A stretch of DNA of 64,000 nucleotides from contig JAXLRE010000005.1 of the NCBI GenBank assembly GCA_046331265.1, forward strand, positions 58,264 to 122,263. The letters run 5' to 3'. The DNA is from Acidimicrobiia bacterium. Its GTDB lineage: Bacteria; Actinomycetota; Acidimicrobiia; IMCC26256; JAGPDB01. Within the stretch, counting starts at the first letter, position 1; every line of letters starts with the position of its first letter. Made by a program: the position numbers and the translations under genes. Positions 54,909 to 64,000 of the stretch are shown here, in pieces. The notes beneath the pieces were generated by a model. It searched no databases and was not told the origin of the DNA. It saw nothing but the letters and a program-made list of their open reading frames with translations.

Positions 54909-56258
54909 ATGTTTGGTAATAGTTTTTTTGGCAAATCACGATTTTCAAGATTAATAATTCTTATTTCTCTAATAATCCTTGTAGCTATTCCAATTGCAGC
55001 TGGTGCTATTGGTCCATATGCAAATGATACAGCAGGTTCATCAAACAACGATTATGTGTTAATGAATGAGGGCGGCACACCGGCGTTTCAAAATGCATGT
55101 GTCTTGCAATATCAAACTAGAAATGCTTCTGCTACACAAAAAGACTATGTGACAAGAGCAATGAATAAAATCGGCCAAGCAATGGGTGTCCCAACCCAGT
55201 ACATGGGGGATACAAGCTTTGCACCAGTACCTTTTTGGTATCGAAACAGACTTACTGATCAAGACAAGATATTTCCATATCCGTATTTTGTTTTATCTTT
55301 TAACGAAACCGATGTACCTGGAGGTGGAGCAGGAGCTGCGGGACCTGTAGAGGCATACGAAAACCCAAACTCCGACTTTGCTAATCAAACAGTTTATCGT
55401 GAACAACAAAAGCATTTTGTTTCACGTGGTGGTGTTGCCATGTTTACAACTTTGCTAGATGCAAGGCCCGCTCCACACAATACAGTTCTTCACGAATCAA
55501 TGCACATGATGAATTTGAATGATAAATACAACACAGACACAATGATGGGCAACCGTGTTTATGATCCCAACGGTGATTTTGCACAAGAAGATCTTCGTAA
55601 ACTTTGGGAAGCTGGAACCAACTCTAGAAATCCAAATACTTGTTGGATATCAGAAACAATGAATCGTGCTTTACGTCCAGATGTCACAAGACCATATACT
55701 CCAACCAAACCAATCTCAATGCCTACAGGACATTACGAATGTGGCGGTTCGACAGGCTGCACTTGGGTTCCTAATGATCCAAACCAGTCAACCACCACCA
55801 CAACAAAACCAGCTTCTACTACAACGACAACTACGACGAGACCGGCATCTACAACAACGACAACAAAACCATCAACGACCACGACAACGAGGCCAACATC
55901 TACAACAACCACAACCGTTCCAAGTAATTTAATTGATGGTTTACTTATAACAACAACTTACGATAAATTGCCAAAAAAGATCGGCGACAAAGTTACATTC
56001 ACATTTAAAGTAATGAACACAGGTACAACAAGTCTTTCCCAAATAGTACTCAGTGCCCAGTCATTGAATAAGGCTGGGACTAATAGTTTTGCAACAATAC
56101 CTGGACTCTTCGCAGGATGGTCACAAAACATTACTGCAGTTTATACATGGGATGGTAGAAACTTTTTTGGTCCTCAAAATAAACTTACGGCCACTGCAAC
56201 CCCGTTAAATCCAGACTACAGCGCTAGGCCACAAATCAAATATCCATCAGGCTTATAA
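54909..56258 (+). CDS. Secreted or anchored putative zinc metalloprotease with Thr/Pro-rich linker and C-terminal beta domain
   Basis: Signal anchor. 'VLHESMHMM' HExxH motif. Linker 'TTTTTKPASTTTTTTTRPASTTTTTKPSTTTTTRPTSTTTTT'. Confidence 0.55.
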   Translation: MFGNSFFGKSRFSRLIILISLIILVAIPIAAGAIGPYANDTAGSSNNDYVLMNEGGTPAFQNACVLQYQTRNASATQKDYVTRAMNKIGQAMGVPTQYMGDTSFAPVPFWYRNRLTDQDKIFPYPYFVLSFNETDVPGGGAGAAGPVEAYENPNSDFANQTVYREQQKHFVSRGGVAMFTTLLDARPAPHNTVLHESMHMMNLNDKYNTDTMMGNRVYDPNGDFAQEDLRKLWEAGTNSRNPNTCWISETMNRALRPDVTRPYTPTKPISMPTGHYECGGSTGCTWVPNDPNQSTTTTTKPASTTTTTTTRPASTTTTTKPSTTTTTRPTSTTTTTVPSNLIDGLLITTTYDKLPKKIGDKVTFTFKVMNTGTTSLSQIVLSAQSLNKAGTNSFATIPGLFAGWSQNITAVYTWDGRNFFGPQNKLTATATPLNPDYSARPQIKYPSGL

Positions 56259-56313
56259 AAAAACCGTTGGCCTGTTTTCATACTTTATATTATGGAAACA
56301 GTCCAACGGTTTG
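56256..56313. terminator. Bidirectional terminator hairpin (ACCGTTGG family)
   Basis: AAAAAAA + ACCGTTGGCCTGTTTTCA ... TGGAAACAGTCCAACGGT + TT, with 2 arm mismatches. Lies between a + CDS and the minus-strand tRNA-Ala. Confidence 0.6.
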
Positions 56314-56389
56314 GGTGGAGGAGATGGGACTCGAACCCACGACCCCCTGCTTGCAAAGCAGGTGCTCTAGCCAACTGAGCTACACCCCC
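56314..56389 (-). tRNA. tRNA-Ala (anticodon TGC)
   Basis: Reverse complement GGGGGTGTAGCTCAGTTGGCTAGAGCACCTGCTTTGCAAGCAGG...TTCGAGTCCCATCTCCTCCA. G3:U70, anticodon loop TTTGCAA. One U.U mismatch in the acceptor stem; the 3' end is approximate. Confidence 0.85.
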
Positions 56390-56420
56390 AGGGATTTAGA
56401 TCTGACATTCTAGACAATTT

Positions 56421-58658
56421 CTAGCTCGGTGTCTTGCTGGATTGAAAGATATTCAAATTTCGTTCTTTTTCTTCAAATGCTAATAAGCACAAAGCTGGCA
56501 CAGCTATAGATATCATCATTCCAGGAATGGCAACACCTGAATCGTTCAAAAACATCCCTAAAACTCCAGCAATTAGTGATGCATATACGATTAGAGAAAA
56601 CGTGTCATCGCTATTAGACATTTTCTTTACAAATTGCTCTGGCCTTAAAAATAGAACAAGAAGGAAGATTGTTGTTAATACAATTACGGAGGCAAAAACT
56701 GAATTAGTCAATATATGAAAGTTTGCATATATTTTTCGTTCAATCACAACACCTGCATTGCCTTGAATAAGAACACTAACGAACCTACCCAAATGACTTC
56801 TTTCAGATAGCGGGCGTTTGAAATCAAAAAGAGAAAAAGCTGTAATAGTAGTCAGCGTTATAACTAGAGCAATTGTTACATATTTAAGATTTATTTTCTT
56901 GTTAAATATTTTGAAACCAATAAAGCATGACGTCGGAACAATTGCAAGCACTCCACCGACATCAGAACCAAAGTTTGGCGCTCCATCTACAAACAGAACT
57001 AACAATAAAAAGAAAATCAATAGTACATTTAACTTGATTTGATTTACATTTGAAAATATTTTTCTAGCAGATGCGACAAAAATAATAGAAGCTACAGCCA
57101 AAATTGAAAATGACATATTTCCGATACCTGCAAATCTACCGGCAACAATCGCTGAATACCCCAGCAGAGAATTCAGCTGCATATTAGCTCCAGATAAAAT
57201 ATCTAAAATCATTAACGATACATAGGCTGTTGAAATGCCGAAGATTATATTTACTGGTCTATATTTTTTTAGAAGTAAATATAAAATTAATGAAAGCATT
57301 ATTGAGATCAACAAAAATGCAGCCCAAATTAATGTCGGGTTTCCGATAAGCAACATAAATGGCGACACAAAGAAAGTCGCCAAAGGCATAACGGCACAAA
57401 GTAAGCATAAGTACTTCGCATAGCTACGAAGTTTAAATAATTTAATAAAAACAAAGACAGAAAAAACGACAGTCAAAAATACGGTTAATATAAAGGTAAC
57501 TGCAAATTTTTCAAAAGTCTCATCACGCAATAATGCTTTTTTGTTTACGTTAATTAAGTGATGCTCTTTCTCTTTATAGCTATCGGAGCTTTTGTCATAG
57601 GCCAATAGCGTTGATGCCATTGATTCAGGTGGTTCAATAGAAAAGAATTTCAAAATACTTGGGGCTATATCACCTAATGCAACTATAGAATTTCTTCGGG
57701 ATAGCCCACTTGTCGCATATCCTGGTGAAATGTCTTTACCTGCAGCAACAAATAGGTTTAGTTCTTCACGAGAGGAACTAGACATTGGAGAAAGAACGAA
57801 TACTTGATCTTTCTGCAATTCAACTTTGTTCAATAACTTTCCTATAAGCTGATCACACTGATTTATCGCATTTAAGAATTTACTTTCATAAAGATCAGGT
57901 TCTATTAGTCTTCTTTTGGATGACAGCCTTTCTAAATCTGAACACTCTACAACGGTTACGTCATGTTCTTTTAAAGATTGACTTGCTTTGTCTTCAAGCA
58001 CTGCCATATTCATTGTTAAATCGTTTTTGAGAAGGTCTGTTGAGATGTCCCCATTTAGAAGCTTTCCTGTTCGATCAGAACCGAAATAAGCTACCGGGCG
58101 CTTTTTGCAATAAGAAACATCTTTTAAACAAATATCGGCGTTTCCAAAAACAGCGATAGATCTATTTGCTTTTTCTAACGCATATCCTAACGACCCTATC
58201 TGAGTTGGAGCTAAAACACCTAAATTCTGAGTACGAGATCTTTCAAAATTAATAGCTACACCAGCTGATCCATATGCCGATTTACCCTGTTGGTTTTCAT
58301 AAATATCAGAAGCGTTAACACCATCTATATTTTCAACAGGTGTATAAAAAGTAGATATATTTGATTCAATTGCGTTCGCACGGTTACCTGCAGATAGAGA
58401 TGCGTATCCTTTTTCAATGCTTCGAACTGGCTTTGGTACACGTATAGAAAAGTTCGCAACAGAACCGATATCTGCTAAATGTTTTACATTATTTGCTTTC
58501 GAATCTTTAATGTCTGACCACGCAATGCGAGGCATTGTAATGATTAGGATCTTTCCCTTATCTTCATTTGCATACGAACGTACTGGAAAAATTGATACGA
58601 AAATAGAAACTAGAATAAAAAAATAAATCAATCTGGATTTTTTAATGTTAAAAAACAA
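56421..58658 (-). CDS. Large polytopic envelope protein, paralog 1 (extracytoplasmic N-domain plus about 10 TM)
   Basis: Signal anchor, ~370-aa soluble domain ('ITMPRIAWSD', 'HDVTVVECSDLERL'), then TM bundle with 'GRFAGIGN', 'DGAPNFGSDVGG', 'RSHLGRF', 'FLNDSGV'. Confidence 0.7.
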   Translation of the reverse strand: MFFNIKKSRLIYFFILVSIFVSIFPVRSYANEDKGKILIITMPRIAWSDIKDSKANNVKHLADIGSVANFSIRVPKPVRSIEKGYASLSAGNRANAIESNISTFYTPVENIDGVNASDIYENQQGKSAYGSAGVAINFERSRTQNLGVLAPTQIGSLGYALEKANRSIAVFGNADICLKDVSYCKKRPVAYFGSDRTGKLLNGDISTDLLKNDLTMNMAVLEDKASQSLKEHDVTVVECSDLERLSSKRRLIEPDLYESKFLNAINQCDQLIGKLLNKVELQKDQVFVLSPMSSSSREELNLFVAAGKDISPGYATSGLSRRNSIVALGDIAPSILKFFSIEPPESMASTLLAYDKSSDSYKEKEHHLINVNKKALLRDETFEKFAVTFILTVFLTVVFSVFVFIKLFKLRSYAKYLCLLCAVMPLATFFVSPFMLLIGNPTLIWAAFLLISIMLSLILYLLLKKYRPVNIIFGISTAYVSLMILDILSGANMQLNSLLGYSAIVAGRFAGIGNMSFSILAVASIIFVASARKIFSNVNQIKLNVLLIFFLLLVLFVDGAPNFGSDVGGVLAIVPTSCFIGFKIFNKKINLKYVTIALVITLTTITAFSLFDFKRPLSERSHLGRFVSVLIQGNAGVVIERKIYANFHILTNSVFASVIVLTTIFLLVLFLRPEQFVKKMSNSDDTFSLIVYASLIAGVLGMFLNDSGVAIPGMMISIAVPALCLLAFEEKERNLNIFQSSKTPS

Positions 58659-58660
58659 AA

Positions 58661-60949
58661 CTATCGACCTTGTAACTTATTTTTTTCTTTATCTTGTGTT
58701 TCAAAAATTAATTGAGATAAGACAGGAATAGCAATAATAAACATCGTGGCTGGTATTCCAACGCCAGAATCATTTAAAAACATGCCTAATAGAGCAATCG
58801 TGATACCGCCAACATAAAAAATTTTAAATCCACGGTAATTGTTCATTAAATCAGAAATAATTTGACGGTTTGAATAAACGACATATAGTAAATACGCAAT
58901 TGAAAACAAAACTACAAAGATCCACATAGAACCTGTCAAGATTCTGAAGTTTGCAGCTAGTTTTCTTTCTAAAGTCGAGACTGCCCCACCATCGAAAATA
59001 CTTTGAGCAAATCTACCCAGGTGAGTTCGTTGGGATGCTGGCCGTGACAGGTCTAGAAGGGCCAATATTGATACTGTTAATATCGTAGAAATAGTTGATA
59101 TAACTATTGTTTTTAAAGTTATTCTCTTATCAAATAGCAACATTGCAATTACAAATATTGTTGGAACAAAAGCTAATACCCCGCCAACGTCAGAACCAAA
59201 GTAAGGAGCACCATCTATTAACGCAATTGCTATCAGCAATATACAGAGAGATATCTTTACTATCTTTATTTTCTTGTAGTCGTTTTTAAAATCTAGATTC
59301 AAAGCCATTGATACAAGCAAAACTGAAGAAATAGCTAAAACTGCAAATGGTTGATTACCAAAGCCTGTAAACCTTCCAGCAACTATAGGTGAACTCCCAT
59401 AAATTGAATTGAACTGCAAATTTCCACCTGTCAGCACGTCAGCAATAAGCACTAATAAATTTATGGACATTAACGTCAAGATAACTTTTGTAGATCCATA
59501 TTTTATTTGTAAATAATTTGAGACTAAAGAAATGATTGAAACTATGACTGATATAGCAAGGATAAATCTAAAAGGCTTTTCTAAAGCTATTGTTATTGGC
59601 TGTATTAAGTACGAAACAACTGGTACCGACATTAATCCATAACCTAAAAAACTAGACGCAGTTTTTAATTTACCGCCTCTACTTAGTGCCAACAGATTGA
59701 CCAGTATGGTTAACAATGCAAAAACAATTAAATAATTAGTTAATGGCTTAACTGATTTAGAAATTATTATGGCTTTATCGTTCAGAGTTGTTAACTTATC
59801 AATTCGTGCTCGAGAATTTGAAGAGTCGTGATTATAAGACATTAATGTGTTACCCATTGAGGAAGGTATTTTTACACTTAAGCTCTTAAGCACACTAGGA
59901 GCAATGTCTACCAAAGTAACTATTCCACTTCGTCTAGTTGTGGCACTTGAAGCCAACCCTTTATTAATATCTTTCCCTGCAGCCAGAAACATTGTTGTCT
60001 GCTCTTGTCCAGATGGCGCACTAGGTGAAAATATATATATTTGATCCTTGGTTAGATCAATATTTTTTTTGATAAGACCGACTAATTCATCACATTTTTC
60101 TATAGTTCTTCTAAAACTTCTTTCATATACTGAAGGCGAAGTTTGTTTTTTAAGGCCATCAACTCGTTCCAAATCTGAGCACTCAACTGCGGTTACATCA
60201 TGTTTCTTAATCGAATCCGAAGCCAAGCGGGCAACTTTTGAATTATCAAATCTATATAAATCCTTACCTGTTGCAGAAGAATCTATTAGTAGATCCTTAC
60301 TGACATCACCATAACGAACTATACCTTTTTGGTTTGCCCCTAAATACGCAATAGAACGTTCGAAACATCCCGGTGATTCACTATTACATGTATCAGCGTT
60401 TCCAAAAACAGCAATAGATTTTGAATCTTTAGTTAATGCTTTAGCAAACGAACCCAATTGACTTTTATATAATCCCTTTGAGTTAGCATTTATTGAGGCC
60501 TGATATCCCAATGATATTGCTGCAGGATTTGTTATCGTGTAACTACCTCGTTGATATTTATATATGTCTTTAGCTAGCTGTCCATCATATACTTCGTTTG
60601 GATTTAAAAATGTTGTTGTCGATGTATCTGCTGCACTTGCTCTTGAACCAGCCGCTATTGTTGCATATCCTTCAGAAGGTGACGTCACAGGCGTTAATGT
60701 GCGTACACTTAATGCAGCAACAGAACCTTTATCTATTAATTTATCGATGTTTGGCGTATTCGCTTGCTTGTAAAGTTCCCATGTAACCCTAGGCATAGAA
60801 ATTAAAACAATTTTTTTGTCTTCATTTTGTTTTGAATGATTTGAAGCAAAAGAAGCTTGCGAAAAAATTAAAGAAAGAATAGTAATGACAAGAACAAGAA
60901 GTACAAATCTTAATTTAGAGATTCCAAGGCTGTTTTTAATTTTAGACAC
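58661..60949 (-). CDS. Large polytopic envelope protein, paralog 2
   Basis: Collinear with 56421..58658: 'ISMPRVTWE', 'HDVTAVECSDLERV', 'GRFTGFGN', 'DGAPYFGSDVGG', 'RTHLGRF', 'FLNDSGV'. Confidence 0.7.
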   Translation of the reverse strand: MSKIKNSLGISKLRFVLLVLVITILSLIFSQASFASNHSKQNEDKKIVLISMPRVTWELYKQANTPNIDKLIDKGSVAALSVRTLTPVTSPSEGYATIAAGSRASAADTSTTTFLNPNEVYDGQLAKDIYKYQRGSYTITNPAAISLGYQASINANSKGLYKSQLGSFAKALTKDSKSIAVFGNADTCNSESPGCFERSIAYLGANQKGIVRYGDVSKDLLIDSSATGKDLYRFDNSKVARLASDSIKKHDVTAVECSDLERVDGLKKQTSPSVYERSFRRTIEKCDELVGLIKKNIDLTKDQIYIFSPSAPSGQEQTTMFLAAGKDINKGLASSATTRRSGIVTLVDIAPSVLKSLSVKIPSSMGNTLMSYNHDSSNSRARIDKLTTLNDKAIIISKSVKPLTNYLIVFALLTILVNLLALSRGGKLKTASSFLGYGLMSVPVVSYLIQPITIALEKPFRFILAISVIVSIISLVSNYLQIKYGSTKVILTLMSINLLVLIADVLTGGNLQFNSIYGSSPIVAGRFTGFGNQPFAVLAISSVLLVSMALNLDFKNDYKKIKIVKISLCILLIAIALIDGAPYFGSDVGGVLAFVPTIFVIAMLLFDKRITLKTIVISTISTILTVSILALLDLSRPASQRTHLGRFAQSIFDGGAVSTLERKLAANFRILTGSMWIFVVLFSIAYLLYVVYSNRQIISDLMNNYRGFKIFYVGGITIALLGMFLNDSGVGIPATMFIIAIPVLSQLIFETQDKEKNKLQGR

Positions 60950-60960
60950 GCGGTTACCTT

Positions 60961-62067
60961 TTAATTTGTTTTATACAGCTTAATGATTTTTGACACATTA
61001 TTTTGAGTATCAACAAGCTTTAATGCGGTTTCTGACAGTTTTGATCTATCGAAATTTGGTAAATCAACATTTGCCCCCCATTTAATCATCGTGTCGCATA
61101 AGAATTGGCTATCAAGTTGTTCAATCACTTCTCCATTTTCTCCATTTAAGACTTCATTAGCGATTCCTGTTTTACTCATAACCACAGGCACACCCATAAA
61201 CAGAGATTCAATTAGAACTAAAGGAACTGTTTCGTATTCTGAAGAAAGCACCATAACGTCTGCGATGCTTAAGATTTCGAAAACATCTACATAACCAGTA
61301 AAAAAAACTTTGCCTCCTAGTGAACTGGCTTTGACATATTTCTCTAAATAATCTTTATACTTTTCCGTACCGGATCCGACAACAAACAATTTAGCTTCAC
61401 TATTTTTTTCTGTAAGTTTTGAAAAAGCATCAATTAATAATGGAAGATTTTTTTGCGGATGTAACCTAGCAATAGAAACATAAACTTTGTCGTTTCGTTT
61501 TATAGACCAGTTATCACATATTCTTTGTCGAGAACTAACAGCTTTCTCTTTACGCTTTTCGTCTAGCGTCTGCCCAATCGGCAAAATAACAGAAAATTTA
61601 TCCTTATACTTACTTTTAACCTGCAACTGTTCTAACGAAAATTTACTAGGGCATATAACCTGATCGACTTTGGAAAACAAAATATTTTGCGCGAACTTTT
61701 TAATTGTGTATTTAATTTTTCCCTCGAAACTATGGGCATGGTTGTGCATAGTAAGAATAACTAATGGTTTATTTTTTTTAAACATAAAAGTTAGATACAC
61801 AAAGTATCCTGCTGATAAACCGTGGGCATGAATAACATCAAAACCATTTGAAATTATTTTGATTTTTTTTATTGGATCTAAAAAGGAAAGAGGATTTTTG
61901 ATGCTTGTTTTTTTAAAGCTATATGTTTGAACTTCAAGATCATCCATGACTTTTGTAGGTCCAATAATGTATGACTCAATACCTTGTTTGTTTAGTTCTT
62001 TATTCAGTGATGCAACATGCTGGCGAATCCCGCCTGCCGATCTGGAAAGAACCTGCAGAACCTTCAA
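60961..62067 (-). CDS. GT-B glycosyltransferase (GT4-like)
   Basis: 'LKVLQVLSRSAGGIRQHV' N-terminus and 'SEYETVPLVLIESLFMGVPVV' EX7E motif. TTG 62067 overlaps the SURF1 stop (TTGA); alternative ATGs lie up to 62142. Confidence 0.8.
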   Translation of the reverse strand: MKVLQVLSRSAGGIRQHVASLNKELNKQGIESYIIGPTKVMDDLEVQTYSFKKTSIKNPLSFLDPIKKIKIISNGFDVIHAHGLSAGYFVYLTFMFKKNKPLVILTMHNHAHSFEGKIKYTIKKFAQNILFSKVDQVICPSKFSLEQLQVKSKYKDKFSVILPIGQTLDEKRKEKAVSSRQRICDNWSIKRNDKVYVSIARLHPQKNLPLLIDAFSKLTEKNSEAKLFVVGSGTEKYKDYLEKYVKASSLGGKVFFTGYVDVFEILSIADVMVLSSEYETVPLVLIESLFMGVPVVMSKTGIANEVLNGENGEVIEQLDSQFLCDTMIKWGANVDLPNFDRSKLSETALKLVDTQNNVSKIIKLYKTN

Positions 62068-62846
62068 AGCTTCGCCTTTTTCTTGGCTTTTATACATAAA
62101 ATTATCCATGTAATTATGGCAATAAAACCAAAACTCATCCATTGAATTGCATACGACAAATGATTACGCAAAGTTAATTCCGGCTTAGAGATTAGTTTAG
62201 GGAAAGAATCAGCTCTAATGTGTCCTCTTGAATCATTTGTAAGCTGGATCCATAACGGATAAATATCGCTGCGTTTACCTGTAGAGATAAGAGTAGAAAA
62301 GTCCTCAGTTGATATTCGAACATCAACATTATCTTTATAAGTTAGCTTTTTGTTTTTTGAAAAAGGTCGCTTGGGCTCATTGAGCCTTATCAAGCCTGTG
62401 ATTGTTCGCTTGGTTTTGTACCCACGAATTGGCTCAATCAAAGAGTTGTCGACACTGCCAGAAATAATATCGTCACCTAAAGACTGAGGGATCCAGCCGC
62501 GATTGATATAAACGATTGCATCTTTTGAAATCTCAAAACCAGTTAGAACATTAAAGCCAGGTTCACCATCACGAGTTCTTGAAGCAACTAAAACTTCGCT
62601 GCGTTCAATGTAGTTTCCTTCAGCTTTTATCTGACGGTAATTATTATCCTTTATTGCTTTGATATTTTTGCCAGGCAATAGTGTTAAAAAATCTTGAGCT
62701 TTTTGTGCCATGCGATTTTCTATAGTTGCATTCATCTCTTTGCGTTGCGAAAGTCGCGAGAATTGCCAATAACTAAGTAAAAAACATGTAAGTGCTGCTA
62801 AGCATACAAGAAAATGGCCAATAATAAATTTTTTAGTTAACAACAT
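62064..62846 (-). CDS. SURF1 family protein
   Basis: N- and C-terminal TM helices flanking a periplasmic domain. 'YWQFSRLSQRKEMN' and 'RNHLSYAIQW' are typical of SURF1. Confidence 0.75.
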   Translation of the reverse strand: MLLTKKFIIGHFLVCLAALTCFLLSYWQFSRLSQRKEMNATIENRMAQKAQDFLTLLPGKNIKAIKDNNYRQIKAEGNYIERSEVLVASRTRDGEPGFNVLTGFEISKDAIVYINRGWIPQSLGDDIISGSVDNSLIEPIRGYKTKRTITGLIRLNEPKRPFSKNKKLTYKDNVDVRISTEDFSTLISTGKRSDIYPLWIQLTNDSRGHIRADSFPKLISKPELTLRNHLSYAIQWMSFGFIAIITWIILCIKAKKKAKL

Positions 62847-64000
62847 TTTCTAACTGCATCAGCAACTATTTGAGCAACATTGGAATCGAAAGCAGAAGGA
62901 ATAATAAATTCTCTATTTAAATCTTTATCTTCTACTACATCAGCCAAAGCTCTTGATGCTGCCAATTTCATTTCATCTGTAACTTTATGCGCGCGTGCAT
63001 CTAAGAGTCCTCTGAAAAATCCTGGGAATACAAGTACATTATTAATTTGATTTGGATAATCGCTTCTACCTGTCGCAATAACCGAAACATTCTCAGGCAC
63101 AAGCTCAGGCATAATTTCTGGAACAGGATTGGCCATAGCAAAAACAATCGCATCTTTAGCCATTGCTTTTAGCCAATCTGGCTCGATAAGATTTGGACCA
63201 GAAAGACCCATGAAAGCATCAGCACCTTTCAATGCATCTTCAATTGAACCAGTTATTTTTTGCTTATTGGCATTTTGTGCAAGCCAAAGTTTTTCGCCAG
63301 AAATGTCGTCGCGACCTTCGTGTATAACGCCTGTGCGATCACAAACTGTGACATCGCCAACACCTGCACTTAATAAGAGTTTCGCACATGCAACCCCAGC
63401 TGCTCCTGCACCCAACATCACAACACGTATATCTTCTAGTTTTTTGCCGACTACTTTGCAGGCATTGATCATCGCCGCTAGCGTCACAACAGCTGTACCG
63501 TGCTGGTCGTCGTGGAAAACAGGGATTGAAAGTTCTTCACGCATTCTTTCTTCTGCTTCAAAACAAACCGGTGCTGCTATATCTTCAAGATTGATGCCAC
63601 CAAAAGTTGGTTCTAGTGCCTTTGCAATTGCAACTAATTCGTCAGCAGTTGTTGCGTTTACACAAATAGGATAAGCCGCTATACCAGCGAATTCTCTGAA
63701 TAATACAGCTTTGCCTTCCATTACAGGCATAGCCGCTTCAGGACCAATGTCGCCTAAACCTAAAACTGCAGTTCCGTTACTAAGAACTGCAACTGCATTT
63801 TTTCTACCTGTTAAATCCCAAACACGATTTACGTCTTGTGCAATAGTCGATGAAATACGTCCAACACCCGGCGTGTATGCCATCGCAAGATCGTCGCCAT
63901 CTTTTAATTGAAGCCTTGAGATAACATCGATTTTCCCACCATTGTGTACAGCTTCTACGCCATCAACCACGTTTAAAACTTCTACATCACTTAAGGATTC
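62837..64000 (-). CDS. NAD(P)-dependent malic enzyme, 5' end probably beyond the window
   Basis: '[10 protein letters not shown]', '[21 protein letters not shown]', 'FHDDQHGTA', 'GAGAAG'. The frame stays open from 63970 to base 64000. Confidence 0.9.
   Translation of the reverse strand, partial: ESLSDVEVLNVVDGVEAVHNGGKIDVISRLQLKDGDDLAMAYTPGVGRISSTIAQDVNRVWDLTGRKNAVAVLSNGTAVLGLGDIGPEAAMPVMEGKAVLFREFAGIAAYPICVNATTADELVAIAKALEPTFGGINLEDIAAPVCFEAEERMREELSIPVFHDDQHGTAVVTLAAMINACKVVGKKLEDIRVVMLGAGAAGVACAKLLLSAGVGDVTVCDRTGVIHEGRDDISGEKLWLAQNANKQKITGSIEDALKGADAFMGLSGPNLIEPDWLKAMAKDAIVFAMANPVPEIMPELVPENVSVIATGRSDYPNQINNVLVFPGFFRGLLDARAHKVTDEMKLAASRALADVVEDKDLNREFIIPSAFDSNVAQIVADAVRKCC

Noticed and set aside
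1097-63911. Many 60-180-aa ORFs antisense to or nested in long CDSs. Examples: 1097..1315, 3363..3659, 9374..9634, 16259..16600, 27018..27344, 36495..37013, 37020..37364, 43547..43837, 45960..46301, 49277..49561, 52304..52558, 63129..63674
   Set aside because: Each lies entirely within a well-supported gene on the other strand or in another frame. Their composition is low-complexity or mirror-codon, and they lack an RBS or any recognisable motif.

Overview
AT-rich (by eye) chromosomal segment of a streamlined Actinomycetota genome; a freshwater acI/Nanopelagicales-like lineage is my inference, not a search result. The assignment rests on the actinobacterial division/signalling block fhaA-fhaB-pstP-rodA-pbpA-pknB-crgA (44.3-51.9 kb), syntenic with M. 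tuberculosis Rv0020c-Rv0011c, and on the SCO1664 / DUF3090 / MSMEG_4193-type trio. Gene density is high and many starts and stops are coupled. Housekeeping content: a MoxR-DUF58 cluster, recR, dnaX, SRP RNA, two tRNA-Ser, one tRNA-Ala, tadA, purE, lgt, msrA, map, three ABC systems, and a malic enzyme cut by the window edge. I found no rRNA, CRISPR array, transposase, integrase or phage structural gene. Things worth a second look:
1. A family of ~49-bp palindromic elements. Two chimeric copies are exact inverted repeats bracketing a 3-gene cassette next to tRNA-Ser(GGA).
2. T-arm/3'-end mimic modules downstream of both tRNA-Ser genes. Their stems co-vary with each tRNA's own T-stem.
3. A three-gene cassette: small helical protein, coiled-coil protein with a complete calpain-like Cys/His/Asn motif set, and a lipoprotein.
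4. A 513-aa orphan with a RelE/HigB-like C-terminus.
5. Two clusters of consensus DnaA boxes in intergenic DNA away from any dnaA/dnaN.
6. Tandem paralogous ~750-aa polytopic envelope proteins in an AT-rich glycosyltransferase block.
Family names come from motifs recognised by eye, not from database searches.
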